A stretch of 64,000 bases of DNA from Cyanophora paradoxa CCMP329 (Eukaryota > Plantae > Glaucophyta), in assembly GCA_004431415.1 (NCBI GenBank), contig QPMI01000643.1, positions 62,001 through 126,000 of the forward strand, read 5' to 3'. The position numbers and the translations under genes are program-made. This document shows, in pieces, positions 1 through 12,100 of this stretch; position 1 is the first letter of the stretch, and the number at the start of each line of letters is the position of its first letter. Below the pieces are notes generated by a model. The model was not told where the DNA came from. It saw only the letters and a list, made by a program, of their open reading frames with translations, and searched no databases.

Positions 1-3000
1 AATTACTACCCTGACGACATCCCAATGACAGCAACATTACCACCTATACCATCTCTTCCAGCCGATCCAATTAATTATGTAGACAAAGATGCGACCCTTC
101 AAATTAACGTAACTGATGTTAGCGCTTTTGATGGATCAAGACCAAAGTTAATATTTAGCCGAGAACGACTCTTACCTGATGATTTAGTTGGAGATCGAGA
201 CGATTACAAGCAATGTGAGATAGGGTGGAAAAAAACGAACTATAATGATGTTGATAAGCAAGGTGTTTTAGAAATAAATCAGAGAGCAGCAGCAAAAAAC
301 ATTCACAACGAAAATATATCACGAGTGGTCACAGAGGATTATTTAGAAAATAAGAATTACATAGATGGAACCGAATTAACTACTATACTCAATGATTATG
401 TAACAGAAACTGAATATGCCACAACACTGGCAGCAGCATTAATACCCTATGTGACAGAGACTGAGCTTGATGCTGAACTTGCTAAATATTTACCATTGAC
501 AGGTGGCACCATTACAGGTGATCTTACAGTCAATAGAGAACTGGAGGTAAAGGATAAGATTGTTATAGGGAACAATGAGATTTCAAGAGCCCCTTTAAAC
601 TTCTTAAATTTCGATGTTGGGGGTTTGTCTCATTGCCTTCTAAGATTTAATGCGAGTTTGGATGATGCTTGGGAAAATAATGTACTGGTCTATGAGCTTG
701 TTAATAAAGCAAATGCTAATGTTATTCAAAAACTGATACAGTCAGGAAGTGTAGTATTCAAGAGTTCAGGAGGTCCTAATAACAAACCCTTCTATGATGT
801 AGCAGACACAAATAGCTTCTCTACTTTCCGTTATTCCTTCTTTTCTACAAATTCAGCAGGCTTTGAAACCATTGATTTTAGTGGAGGGATAACCGTCGCA
901 TTTGTGATTAAGTTAAGAAGCGCTGAACCGCTTGAACCTATTTTACAGTTTGATGGGTCTTCTACACTTGGTAGTAATGGGCAAATTTGGAGTATTTCGA
1001 AAGGTCAATGGGTGATGGTTTCGTTTTGAACATCAGCAAATTAGACCAATCTACTTTCAGGGTTCCACTCACAATTGACGAAGTAGATTCTTGGACAATC
1101 TATGACATCACAATCACAAGCACATCCGTAAAAGTGGGCGTTAATGCGAAAGAGAGACAGACCTTTTCGATATCAAATGGTTCTCACCTACCCCGAAATG
1201 ATGTTAAGTATGTATATTTGGGAAGTCAATACTCAAAATTCGACCTGTGCGAATTCTATTGTTTCACAAGAGTCTTAACAGCGGAGGAACTATATAGTTT
1301 ACGATGGTATCTTCATCAATTCTACGGATTTGTGGAAGACCCTTCAAACCCAATACCAAGAGATGATAATAAACTACTCATCAAGACTCAGGAACTACAA
1401 GTAACAGGGATGAACTTAGCAACCACCGATGGTGTAGCAGCATTATTGACAGATCGCACAACATCAAATGTTGTAAAAGGATGGTTAAATGAATACACCA
1501 CTTCAAATGTTGTGAGGGGTTGGATAGCAGATTCAGAAGCGTTGTTAGACAACTACTTACCATTAACAGGTGGAACTATCACAGGAAATCTTAACGTGAG
1601 CAATCAAGGAAACACTGACAGCAAACTAAAAATTTATGAGAACACTTTTAAATTGGATTATTTGGATGTCTCAACATTTGATGTCCTTTCAGTTCTTAAT
1701 GTTTTAATTTGGATTAATGCGAAAGATCACGCTCACTGGAAAGATGGCTCAGTAGTTTCTAACCTGATTAACAAAGCAACATTTAACGACATTGATAATA
1801 ACCCTGAGACGCCCAATTTTGTCAATGGGATTCTTAATGTTGCTGGGAACACCACACAAATCAGAACAAGTGGTGGTCGAAATAACAAACCTTATTATAA
1901 TTCGTATCCTACAATAAACTACCTCTTTTCAACTTCTGTTTCTTATCAGGGGTATGATGCTGAAATGTTCATGAGCCAAACTTCACAGCAACGTTTAACT
2001 GTGTTTTTTGTAGCGAGATTCACGAATACAGTTCCTCCCATTGTAGAGAATGTTTTATCTTTGAGTTATGGTAGCACAAATTGGAGCATCAACAAATGGA
2101 ACAATGGTTCAACTTGTTATATTCAGGTTTCAAATGGGGTTGGAGCAGCAGGATTAGGTGAAAGCACTTCACCAAGCAACGCAAAAGCAGAAATTACATA
2201 CTCCGAAATGACGACATGGACACTCTACGAAGTAACAGTCTCTCCTACCACTGTTACATTTGGGGTGAATGGTAGCAATAGAAGTGTTTCAAATGTGACT
2301 AACATGTTCCCCAATAACCTTGTTACTGAACTTCGCATAGGTTCTTCCACCTCCAAACAGGATTTATCAGAGCTTATTGTGATTATTAAACCAACAACAG
2401 AAATCGTCAAAAATAACGTGCGAAGTTATCTCCTTCAAAAATACGGTTATCCTGAGCCATTAGACAATCCTTTCGCCAGTGACCCTAACAAACTTCTTCT
2501 ACAAACAAACAGCCTGAGAGTTACAGGAAGTCTTATAGCCAACAACCTCCAATATACAGCACCAGCACCAGGAGGTGGTTTTATTATCAAAGATTTCCAA
2601 ACAAGTTCAAGCCTTCAAGAGGCAGAAATAACTGCCATCAATGCCCAGATTACACAGATACAAGAAAGCATAGACAGTATCAATACCAATATAGAACCTT
2701 TAACCACTTCCAATGTAGTTCAGGAATGGGTAGCTCCACTGACTGCTTCCAATGTAGTTCAGGAGTGGATAGCCCCCCTGACTGCTTCTAATGTAGTTCA
2801 ATATTGGATAGCTCCCCTGACTGCTTCTAATGTAGTTCAAGAGTGGATAGCCCCATTGACTGCTTCCAATGTAGTTCAAGAGTGGATAGCCCCCCTGACT
2901 GCTTCTAATGTAGTTCAAGAGTGGATAGCCCCATTGACTGCTTCAAATGTAGTTCAGGAATGGATAGCCCCATTGACTGCTTCCAATGTAGTTCAAGAGT

Positions 3001-6000
3001 GGATAGCCCCATTGACTGCTTCCAATACAGTAAAGGAATGGATAGCCCCATTGACTGCTTCCAATGTGATTCAAGGTTGGATAGCTCCCCTGACTGCTTC
3101 TAATGTAGTTCAAGAGTGGATAGCCCCATTGACTGCTTCCTATGTAGTTCAAGAGTGGATAGCTCCCCTGACTGCTTCAAATGTAGTACAGGAGTGGGTA
3201 GCTCCCCTGACTGCTTCGAATGTAGTACAGGAGTGGATAGCTCCCCTAACAGCTTCTAATGTAGTCCAGGAGTGGATAGCTCCCCTGACTGCTTCTAATG
3301 TAGTACAGGAGTGGATAGCTCCCCTGACTGCTTCCAATGTAGTACAGGAGTGGATAGCTCCCCTGACTGCTTCTAATGTAGTTCGAGATTGGATAGCTCC
3401 CCTGACTGCTTCGAATGTAGTACAGGAGTGGATAGCACCATTAACAGCATCTAATGTGGTTCACAATTGGTTGGCTCCACTGACTGCTTCTAATGTAGTT
3501 CAGGGTTGGCTTGCCCCGAAGGCTGATACCATAGCTATAACAGACCACATTTCTTCAAACTATTTACCACTAACAGGTGGAACAATTACAAGAAATTTGA
3601 GTGTCAATGGAAATCTCACCATTGGTACTGGTTCAAATACATTACAAGAGTTAAACAAAGATTACTTTCGGATAACAGCAAGCAATGACCCTGCTTCTAA
3701 TATTCCAAATTGTCTTTTTGCGTGGAAAGCCTTGGGTATTCAAGGTCAATCAGCAAACAATTCAATCCTCTACAACAGGTCACCTTCGAACACATCAATT
3801 CCAGCAGTCACAGTGACAGGAACAAGCGCCATCTTTACATCGAATGCTATAATCAACAATCAGTTCAGTATCTCAACTCCGAGTGGAACCAACTTTTTAG
3901 CAGTTTTTAATGATTCGACAGGTAAAACAGTGGATTGGACAAATGGCTTAACGTATTTCTTTGTGGGGAGATGTCACGAAACATTTGCTACCACAGATAC
4001 TCATTTACGTATCTTCAAACAAACTACACCAAATAGACAAATGTATTACGGCACAAGGACGGGAACAAGCATTGGAGTAAATACTATGTGGATAAATAAT
4101 TCTGTTATACCAACATCCAGTCTCCCTCTAATCAGCAATATCCCCTCTTTGGTAAATCAATGGTATTACGCAGACCAAACAATTACATCAAACTCCTTAA
4201 CAGCAGGGCTTAATGGAATTGATGTTGGAACTGTGACAACAGAAAGTAGCTATCTACCAGATTTATTGGTAAATCATTTTGGGTTAGGGACAATTGGTGG
4301 TGGGGCAATGAGTGAGTTGCTTGTCTTCAATAGAGCATTGACAATAGCAGAAAAACAAGAAGTAAGATATTACATCCAAATGATGTATGGATTTCAAATC
4401 ACTCAACCTTTGACTATTTACAGAGAGTTGAAGATTACATCACCCGGCACAGTAATAGACAATCTCAGAGTTACAAGCAATGCTAATCTTCCACATCATC
4501 CAACATCAAATGTAGTTCAAGATTGGATTGCTCCATTAACAGCATCGAATGTAGTTCAAGGTTGGATAGCTCCATTTACAGCATCGAATGTGGTTCAAAA
4601 TTGGATAGCACCATTAACAGCATCGAATGTTGTTCAAGGATGGATAGCTCCATTAACAGCATCAAATGTCGTCCAAAATTGGATAGCTCCATTCACGGCA
4701 TCCAATGTGGTCCAAAATTGGATAGCTCCATTAACGACATCAAATGTAGTTCAAGGATGGATAAGCCCTTTGGTGACTTCAAACATTACACAAGGTTGGT
4801 TGAGTGACTATTTGCCCAAATCAGGAGGGACTATCACATCCAATCTTTCTGTTTCGGGCAGCCTTTACACAAATAACATAAGAAGTGGTAGCCAATCCAT
4901 AGACTTGGTTCTAATCCAAAACTTGATACCTCCCCTGGAACGCCTTTCAGCATACACAAATCCACTGTCTACACCAAACTGTGTATTCCACTGGTATCCT
5001 TTAAATGAGCCATCAGGCACAGCAATACCAGAACTTACCAATAGGGCATCTGGGCAACCCAATGCTTTGCCTTCTTGGCTTAAAGTGTCAACTGGGGCCT
5101 TCGTGCTGAGTGCCTCTTTAATCAATGGGAATAAACTATTTGGGGTTACAGGGGTAACAACCTATTTGGCGCAACCAAGTCCCTACATAGCAAACCCATT
5201 CAGCAATGGGATGACAATGTTCTCTGTGAGAAGGAACTATTCAACCTCTGCCAGTCCTTCAGCTCATCTAACCATTTACAGTGACCCTACATCAAGTAGA
5301 AATATAAGATTCGGAACCACAGGAGAAACATCTATTGGAATAACGAGTTATCAAACAAATGGAGTGTATCAAGCAACTTCCACAGCATCCACAGCCACGA
5401 GCTTTTACAACAATTGGACTTTGTTTGACTATCATGTCACTTCAACCGTAACCACAGTAGGCATCAATAGTGTTGATTTATCCCCCACATTATCTGGCAA
5501 CTACAATTTAAGTGAAGTGGCAAATCTCACAATCCAAAAGATTGGGATAGAAAGCTTCCAAGGACAAATGGCAGAAATAATCATTTACAATCGGGCTCTA
5601 TCAGCTGATGAGAAGGGCTTTATCCGCTACTATCTATCACAAAAGTATGGTCTGAGCAACCCAATTCCCCAAATCAGCCCAGCCTACTCCTCAAATGAGT
5701 TCCTACAGGTGTCCACCCCCAATCTTATACTTAATAAGCTGACTGTGAATAGCAATGTAGCCTTGCCAAATATCCCCACATCAAACATTGTTCAAAACTG
5801 GCTTCAACCTTACACCACTTCAAATGTCGTTCAAGCATTTATAGCTGAAAACATTAATCCACAACTTGTTACTTCAAATGTTACAAGGGACTGGCTCAGC
5901 AGCTATCTGCCCCGAACGGGAGGTACAATAACATCAAACCTTGTAGTTTCAAGCAACCTTTACACTCCTTCAATCATAAATGGTGACCAGTCCATCAAGT

Positions 6001-7199
6001 TCTATCCAATTTCTACATCGCCACCAATCGACCAGCTCCTTTCATATACTAATCCACTTTTCACATCCAATTGTGTGTTCCACTGGTACCCAAATTCAAC
6101 TGATGTCAATGGCTCGTTGTTAGAAACAATGGTCAACAGAGCAGAAGGGCTCCCACTTGCCTTACCAAACATGAGCCCTGGGTTCACTTTATCCAAGAAC
6201 TCAATAAGCAGTGGGACAGCATTGAATGGAAATAAATACATGGTCAGCACAAGTAGTTCTTCTGGATATCGGCATCAGTACACCACAGCATTATCAAACA
6301 TTTTTGCCAGTGGCATGACTGTATTTTCAGTGAGAAAGCACACTGCCACAGGTAACCAATCACATTTTGTGGTTACCAATGATGACACAAGTGACCCTAC
6401 ATACGGGAGATATATCACACTGGGAGCAGTTAATGGAAATTCCCTTGGTATTATCACTTCCACATTAACACAAGTCTCAACAACAAGCTTCTTGAATTCT
6501 TGGGGGTTGTTCGACTTTCAATTAACCCCTACAACACTAACTATGGGGTTGAATGGCGCAGATGTATCTCCCTCAATTACTGGAAGCTTCCTGTGGTCAA
6601 ACACGCCAACCATAAAAATAAAGGAACTCTCATTCACTTCCTATGTAGGAGAGATAGCCGAAGTTGTAATTTTTAATCGGGCTTTATCTCCAACTGAAAA
6701 GAGTTTCATGAGATATTACTTTAAGCTCAAATTTGGGCTTGACTTTCCATACACGTATCCCGAAGCATATACTCAGCTCTCAGCAAATCTTTTGGTAGAC
6801 AAGCTCAGTGTGAACACCAACATTTATGCGAGGTCTTTCTATGAGGTGGCCACTGGTACTACAAATAGTCTAAGTAAAATCCCGACATGGAATGAAATCA
6901 GGCAAAGCTTTCTATCTGGGACTTTCCAGATGAGTATAGGACCCCTCAATGCCAATAGCCGTGGAGAAGCCACTTATATCTTAAATTGGAACCCAGCATT
7001 CAACACAAAACCTCCTGTCATTACTTTAATAATGGAGGGAGCCCCTGTGACATCTCAAGCGCTTGACTATAAACTGGGATTATCGAATTCAAGTTCAACC
7101 ATGTCCACAGTGTATGTTACCTTGCTTACTGGTGCGACTGCTACAGCAAATACGACATATACATTTACAATTCACTGGACAGCATATGGAATTCCGTGA
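1..7199 (+). CDS. Large modular fibre/receptor-binding-like protein (~2400 aa) with five LamG/ConA-like domains, YLPxxGGTIT motifs and 13-aa repeats; split by a frameshift near 1002
   Basis: ORFs 25-1029 and 987-7199 join across TCGAAAGGTCA to complete a domain homologous to the later ones (WSISK/WSINK). Five YLP(L/K/R)(T/S)GGTIT motifs each precede a domain ending E..(F/Y)NRAL...E...Y...YG or similar. The frame is open from base 1, so the start may lie upstream. Confidence 0.7.
2697..3515 (+). repeat. Coding tandem array, 21 x 39 bp (PLTASNVVQEWIA)
   Basis: Visible directly in DNA and protein; variation is mostly at third codon positions. Confidence 0.95.
4497..4806 (+). repeat. Second coding array, about 8 x 39 bp (PLTASNVVQ(G/N)WIA)
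   Basis: Same peptide unit with different codon usage (ACAGCATCGAAT vs ACTGCTTCTAAT). Confidence 0.9.
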
Positions 7200-7238
7200 T
7201 AATGCTTTATTTTTCTATCCTTCTTAATAAAAGAGGTA

Positions 7239-8083
7239 ATGGGCGAATATAATCGAGTCCAATTACCAGTTTACGCATTGGGGAGTCCAGCAATTCATTT
7301 TAGACAACACGAAGTGTCTGATGAAATTCGTGGACTTGAATCCACAGAACGAGCCAATTCTGGTAATGCTTTTGATAAAAACAGCATGATTCGTGTAAAA
7401 GAACTACGCGCGGATAAAAATTCGGGTGTGGTAAAAACAACTCAGCTCCTTGTAACGAATGCGAATTTTCAATCAGCAAATGGACAACCTGATGCGTACG
7501 GTGTAGATATCAAAGCATTTGAATTTGACAATACAAGGCTGCTGCTGTTATAAGATCAGGAGGAGCAATAATTGGTGGTGGCTGTAGAGTATCGGGAATG
7601 CTTGGCTCTTCTGCTGCCTTTAATGATTTTCCGGACACTTTACCTGAACATGCTGATAATCCCCAAAGAATTCGCATGTTTCTTCCATGCGGGGATTCCC
7701 CGTATGCTTTTGGTATCATTAGAGCTAATGTAAATACGCAAAATGCCACACAACCCCAAGGTATTGCTGGACCTTGGAAATTGGCTAATCAGCTTCTACC
7801 AAAGGCAATGTATTCTATGTGTCGCTCTCAGAATGGAGGATTAGAAGGTTATACTTTCTTTGTTCAAGCAGTAGGCCATGGTGGGCGTGGATGGATCACA
7901 AGAAATCCTGCCACACAACCAAACAGTTTCGATTTTTGGGCATCAGAGGTAGGGGGTTATGATATTTTAATTTTTGGATATCGTAATGATGAAGCAGCAT
8001 GGGCTGTTGCCAACTGTATAAATCCTGATTCGCAGGTCTCGAATTTCTACAATGAACCATTTCCGAATGATCCCATTCCGTAA
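7239..8083 (+). CDS. Hypothetical viral protein, paralogue A; frameshift near 7536
   Basis: 7239-7553 plus the frame of 7598-8083 aligns end to end with 8103-8947 (GLESTE, KELRxDKNxGVVKTTxLLVTNANF, RSGGAxIGxGxRVxG, RIR, RNDExA, DP(I/L)P-stop). Confidence 0.75.
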
Positions 8084-8102
8084 TTATGTTTCAGTATATT
8101 AA

Positions 8103-8947
8103 ATGGCAGCACCAGCACCACCAGAGCGCATTTTAACAGCGCAACTATCATTAGCTGCTCCAGCTAACCACGTCTTACAGCATGCTATTATTGATAATAT
8201 TGATGGTCTCGAATCCACAGAGATAGCCCCAACTCTGAATACTTTTGGTGACACTCACATGCTAAGACTAAAAGAGTTAAGATGTGACAAAAATAATGGG
8301 GTCGTTAAAACTACTAAACTTCTTGTAACAAATGCGAATTTCAACGCATTTCATGGGGATCCTGACAGCTACAATGATGATAACAAGGTAACCAATTTTG
8401 CCTACGAAGCAAGAAGGGGAGCAATTAAATGTAGGTCAGGAGGTGCCTATATTGGAGATGGTTTAAGGGTTGGTGGAATTATTGGAGCGCCTTTATTAGT
8501 AAATGATCAACCCAATCCAGATGATCTGAATACAAGAATCAGGACATATGTCCGGGAATGAATGAGCCTTACATTATCAAAATCAACACAATCATTATCA
8601 ACCTTCAGACTGCTGTTCTTGATGTTTTAGAGCCTTTGGGAAATCATTATAGATATACTGAGACGTTGCCTGCTGATATTTACGCATTATGTAGAAGAAC
8701 AGATGGAGCAAGACCCCGTATTACTGTCCAAGTAGTCCCAGTAGATAATTTCGGACTTGCTTTCCATTCACTGCCACTTCTTGACACACAAGATGACCAA
8801 TATATTATAAGAGCTACCCAGCAAGGGACTTACACAGTGATAATGTATGCTGAAAGAAATGATGAAATAGCCAGAGGAAATAGATATGGTCAATATCTAA
8901 CCACAAATTTATACAATCCCATTGGAGGAAGTGACCCTTTGCCATAA
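8103..8947 (+). CDS. Hypothetical viral protein, paralogue B; frameshift near 8553
   Basis: 8103-8561 and 8558-8947 join as RIRTYV(PG)MNEPY, matching RIRMFLPCGDSPY of paralogue A. Confidence 0.75.
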
Positions 8948-9057
8948 ATGTTGAGGGCGTTGGAAATTCTTTCTAAACCCCTACTGGTGCCAAAAAGACA
9001 TGAATAATACCCTAAGACCTGAAATAAATGCTTACTACCCTAGTACCTGAAACGCGC

Positions 9058-9132
9058 ACACATAGGGATACCCCTGATCCAAGCCTGTAGGCCGAAGGCC
9101 GGAGGGCTTGGATCAGGGGTATCCCTATGTGT
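9058..9132. repeat. Terminal hairpin 1: perfect 28-bp inverted repeat with inner GGCC-GAA-GGCC
   Basis: ACACATAGGGATACCCCTGATCCAAGCC (9058-9085) is the exact reverse complement of 9105-9132, with a 19-nt interior. Confidence 0.97.
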
Positions 9133-9133
9133 A

Positions 9134-12100
9134 TACTTTAGAGACACTGGGCTGACGGCCGGCACTTTATACGAATACACTGTCTTCTACACCACCCCAG
9201 GTGACCAGGAATCGAGAACCAGCAGCGCCATGCTGGAATGGACTGCGCCCTCAGCGCCAGTGCTGTTCCTAACTTCTGACAAACCTGCTACAGTCAGTAG
9301 CGCATTCATTACGATCCTGTCCTCGGATGATTCGGACTATGCAGTAAATTACACTGACGTATACCGCGACGACCGCCCACGGAACTTCCCGATTTGCCGG
9401 GGTAAAGGGGTGATATCTTTTTGTGAGGATAGGAACGTGGTTCCGGGAGCTTCATACACGTATACCGCCCTGTTCGTTGGAGTGAAGCCCACAGAGCATC
9501 ACAAATACCGGACAAGTTTGATTTCCAACAACATGACGCTGACGATCCCTGTGCCGATTCCACCGTCTTTATCCATAGCAGACATTACGGACACGACCAG
9601 CGTCATCAACGCGGCCCTGCCGACGGACGGTAGCGCCTCCACGATTCTCAAGGTCGTCGTGACGCGCTTCTTCGAGGGCGCCAGCACCACGTGGGAGCTT
9701 GACAAGGGCGCCCCCCTCTCGCAAACCGAGCGGCCGCCCGGGTCGACGGCGACCTACACTGCGTACTTCACGACCAACGGGGCGAGCTCGGCGACCTGTG
9801 CGCCGTACACTGTGACGCAGCTGCCGCCGGCGACGCCGACAATCACGACACTGCTGCCGCCGGACACGTCCTCGACCTCCCTCACTGCAACGGTGGTGTT
9901 CGCGAGTGACCTGCCACGCTTCGTCACAGCGATCAGGATCTGGCGCGATAGCACGGAGCTGGAGTCGATTGCGATCACACCGTCCGGCACAGGACCGCTC
10001 TCGTACAGCCTGTTCGACACGCTGCTTGCCCCGGGCAAGCAGTACACGTACACGGCGCGGCTCGTGACGCAGTACGCGGACTCGGCAGAAGCGTCCGCCT
10101 CGAAGACGACAGAACAGGCGCTGGCGCCAACTGTGGATCCCACGCCGCAGTCGGCGACGGCGGTCAACGTGGCAGTGAGCCGCGGAGGAGCCGACGCCGG
10201 CCGCATCGACGCTGCGAGCTTGACCATCACCCGGAGCGGAGAGAACGCTGGGGACAGCGCGACCAAGCATTTGTCGGGGGCGGGCCCCTGGACGTGGAGC
10301 GACGTTGGTCTCGTGGCGGGCCGCCTGTACACGTACACGGCAACGTACGCGACCCGTGGGCAGAGGCTGCATGACGACGGGGCGGACTCGCTGACGAGCA
10401 CGGCCATCAGCGTGCGAACGGCGCCGTCGGCGCCGTCGCTGAGCCTCTGCGCGAGCAGCGCGGCGGTGAACGTGACGGTGGGGTACCCAAGCGACGCGAC
10501 GAGCGACGTCTCTTACGTGTTGGTGTACCGCTCGCCTCAGTGGGGCGGCTTGGGGTCCAAGGCGTGCTGCAACAACGGCGGCACGCTGTTCGCGGACTCG
10601 GAGGTCTCGCCAGGGGCGACGTATTCGTACACGGCAAAGCTGGTGACGAGCACAAGCAGCGCGTCGGAGGGCGTGGAGTCGGCGCTCTCGGCCCGGCGGT
10701 CAACATTACGACAGCGCCCAAGAGGCCGTCTGTGCAGTCGGGAGACAAGACGAAGCTGAAGGAGAAGAGCGTCGAGATCGAGATCCATCCGGCGGAGGGC
10801 TGGGAGGGCGCGGAGCGCATCAATGTGTACCGGAGCGATGGAGCCGTGTACCACATCTCGATCGGCAGCCTCGCGCGCAAGGTGAAGAGCGGCAAGACCG
10901 TCTACACATGGGAGGACAGGGACGAGTCGCTGAAGCCGGGCTCGAAGTACACGTACCGAGTGGAGCTGGAGACACCAGCGTACCCGGGCAGCTGCAGCGT
11001 GAAGTCGGGCGAGTCGGGCGAGGGCGAGGTGTGGACGGCGGTGCCTGCCCCGCAGCCTGTCGTGCAGGGGACGTCAGCGAGCCCGTCGGCGACGGTCAGC
11101 GTGCCGCTGCCGACCGACGGGAACGCATCCGCCGTGGAGGTCACGAAGTGCAGGCGGGCGCCGAGCACGGACTACTTTGTGGTGACGGACCAGCAGTTCT
11201 CGCAGGCGTCGGCTGATGGCATCGACCACGCGACGACGTACACGTACTACTGCATCTTCGAGGGAAAGGCGGCACGGTGAGCGAGGAGGGCCTGGTGACG
11301 GTCACGACGCCGCCTGACAGGCCGGTGCTAAACCTGGTGCCGCTCAACTCGACAAGCATGGAAATCAAGATCAGCATCCCCGACGGGCCCAGCGCCGCCG
11401 TCACGAACGGGACGCTGGTGACATGCAACGGGACCACGTACGGCATGACGGCGGGCCAGCGATCGCTGGTCGTGACGGGCCTGCTGCCGGGCTCGCTCTA
11501 CACGTGCGAGGCGGTGCTGGACTCGCCGGCGGGCAGGTCGGAGCCGTCGGACTCGGAGCCTGCGGCGGGGAGACCTGGGTCGCAGCCGACACCGGTGCAG
11601 CTGCCGAAGGCGAGCCAGCCGTCGGTGACAGTGAAGGACGTCAACAGCACGGCGGTCGTGATGCGGGTGATGGTGCCAGTAGTTGGCGGGGTGCAGCCGA
11701 AGACGATTCGCGTGTACCGGGCGTCCAGTGGAGGCGCCGAGGAGCTGGTTGCGGAGGTCGCCGCAGCAACGGAGACGCAACTGGCCGACGCAGGACGCAC
11801 GCCGGGCACTCTCTACACGTACTCTGCGGAGTACACGACGCAGGGCGAGCCGTCGAGCAGGAGCGACTGGGTGGCGGGCCGCACGGCGCCATCAGCACCG
11901 GCCCTGACACCGACGGTTCAGTCGGCGACGAATGTGACGTTCGCGATTGCGTCGCCGGATGCGACGTCGCCACCGCTGTCGATCGAGCACGTCCAGGCAA
12001 CAGCCGTGCTCCGGAACGGCACGGCGGTCGGGGCCTGCTCGCGGTCGGGAGCTGTGACCGAGTGCACGGACACGGGGGTGTATCCCGGCTTGGTGTACGT

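Larger units (their letters stand above)
1..9132. mobile_element. Right end of an AT-rich endogenous virus-like element (probably Polinton-like), left part outside the window
   Basis: AT-rich, intron-free, tightly packed + strand ORFs with fibre-like motifs. Abrupt switch to GC-rich host FN3 coding sequence immediately after a terminal hairpin ending TATGTGT at 9132. Hairpin architecture is shared with the integrase/pPolB element at 56381. No core viral gene lies in this part. Confidence 0.75.

Noticed and set aside
2697-4806. Diversity-generating retroelement TR/VR pair
   Set aside because: Differences between repeats are synonymous rather than adenine-specific, and no RT is nearby.
9058-9132. 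Hairpin as a rho-independent terminator or tRNA/ncRNA
   Set aside because: Eukaryotic context, no U-tract or cloverleaf; its junction position and kinship with the other two hairpins explain it better.
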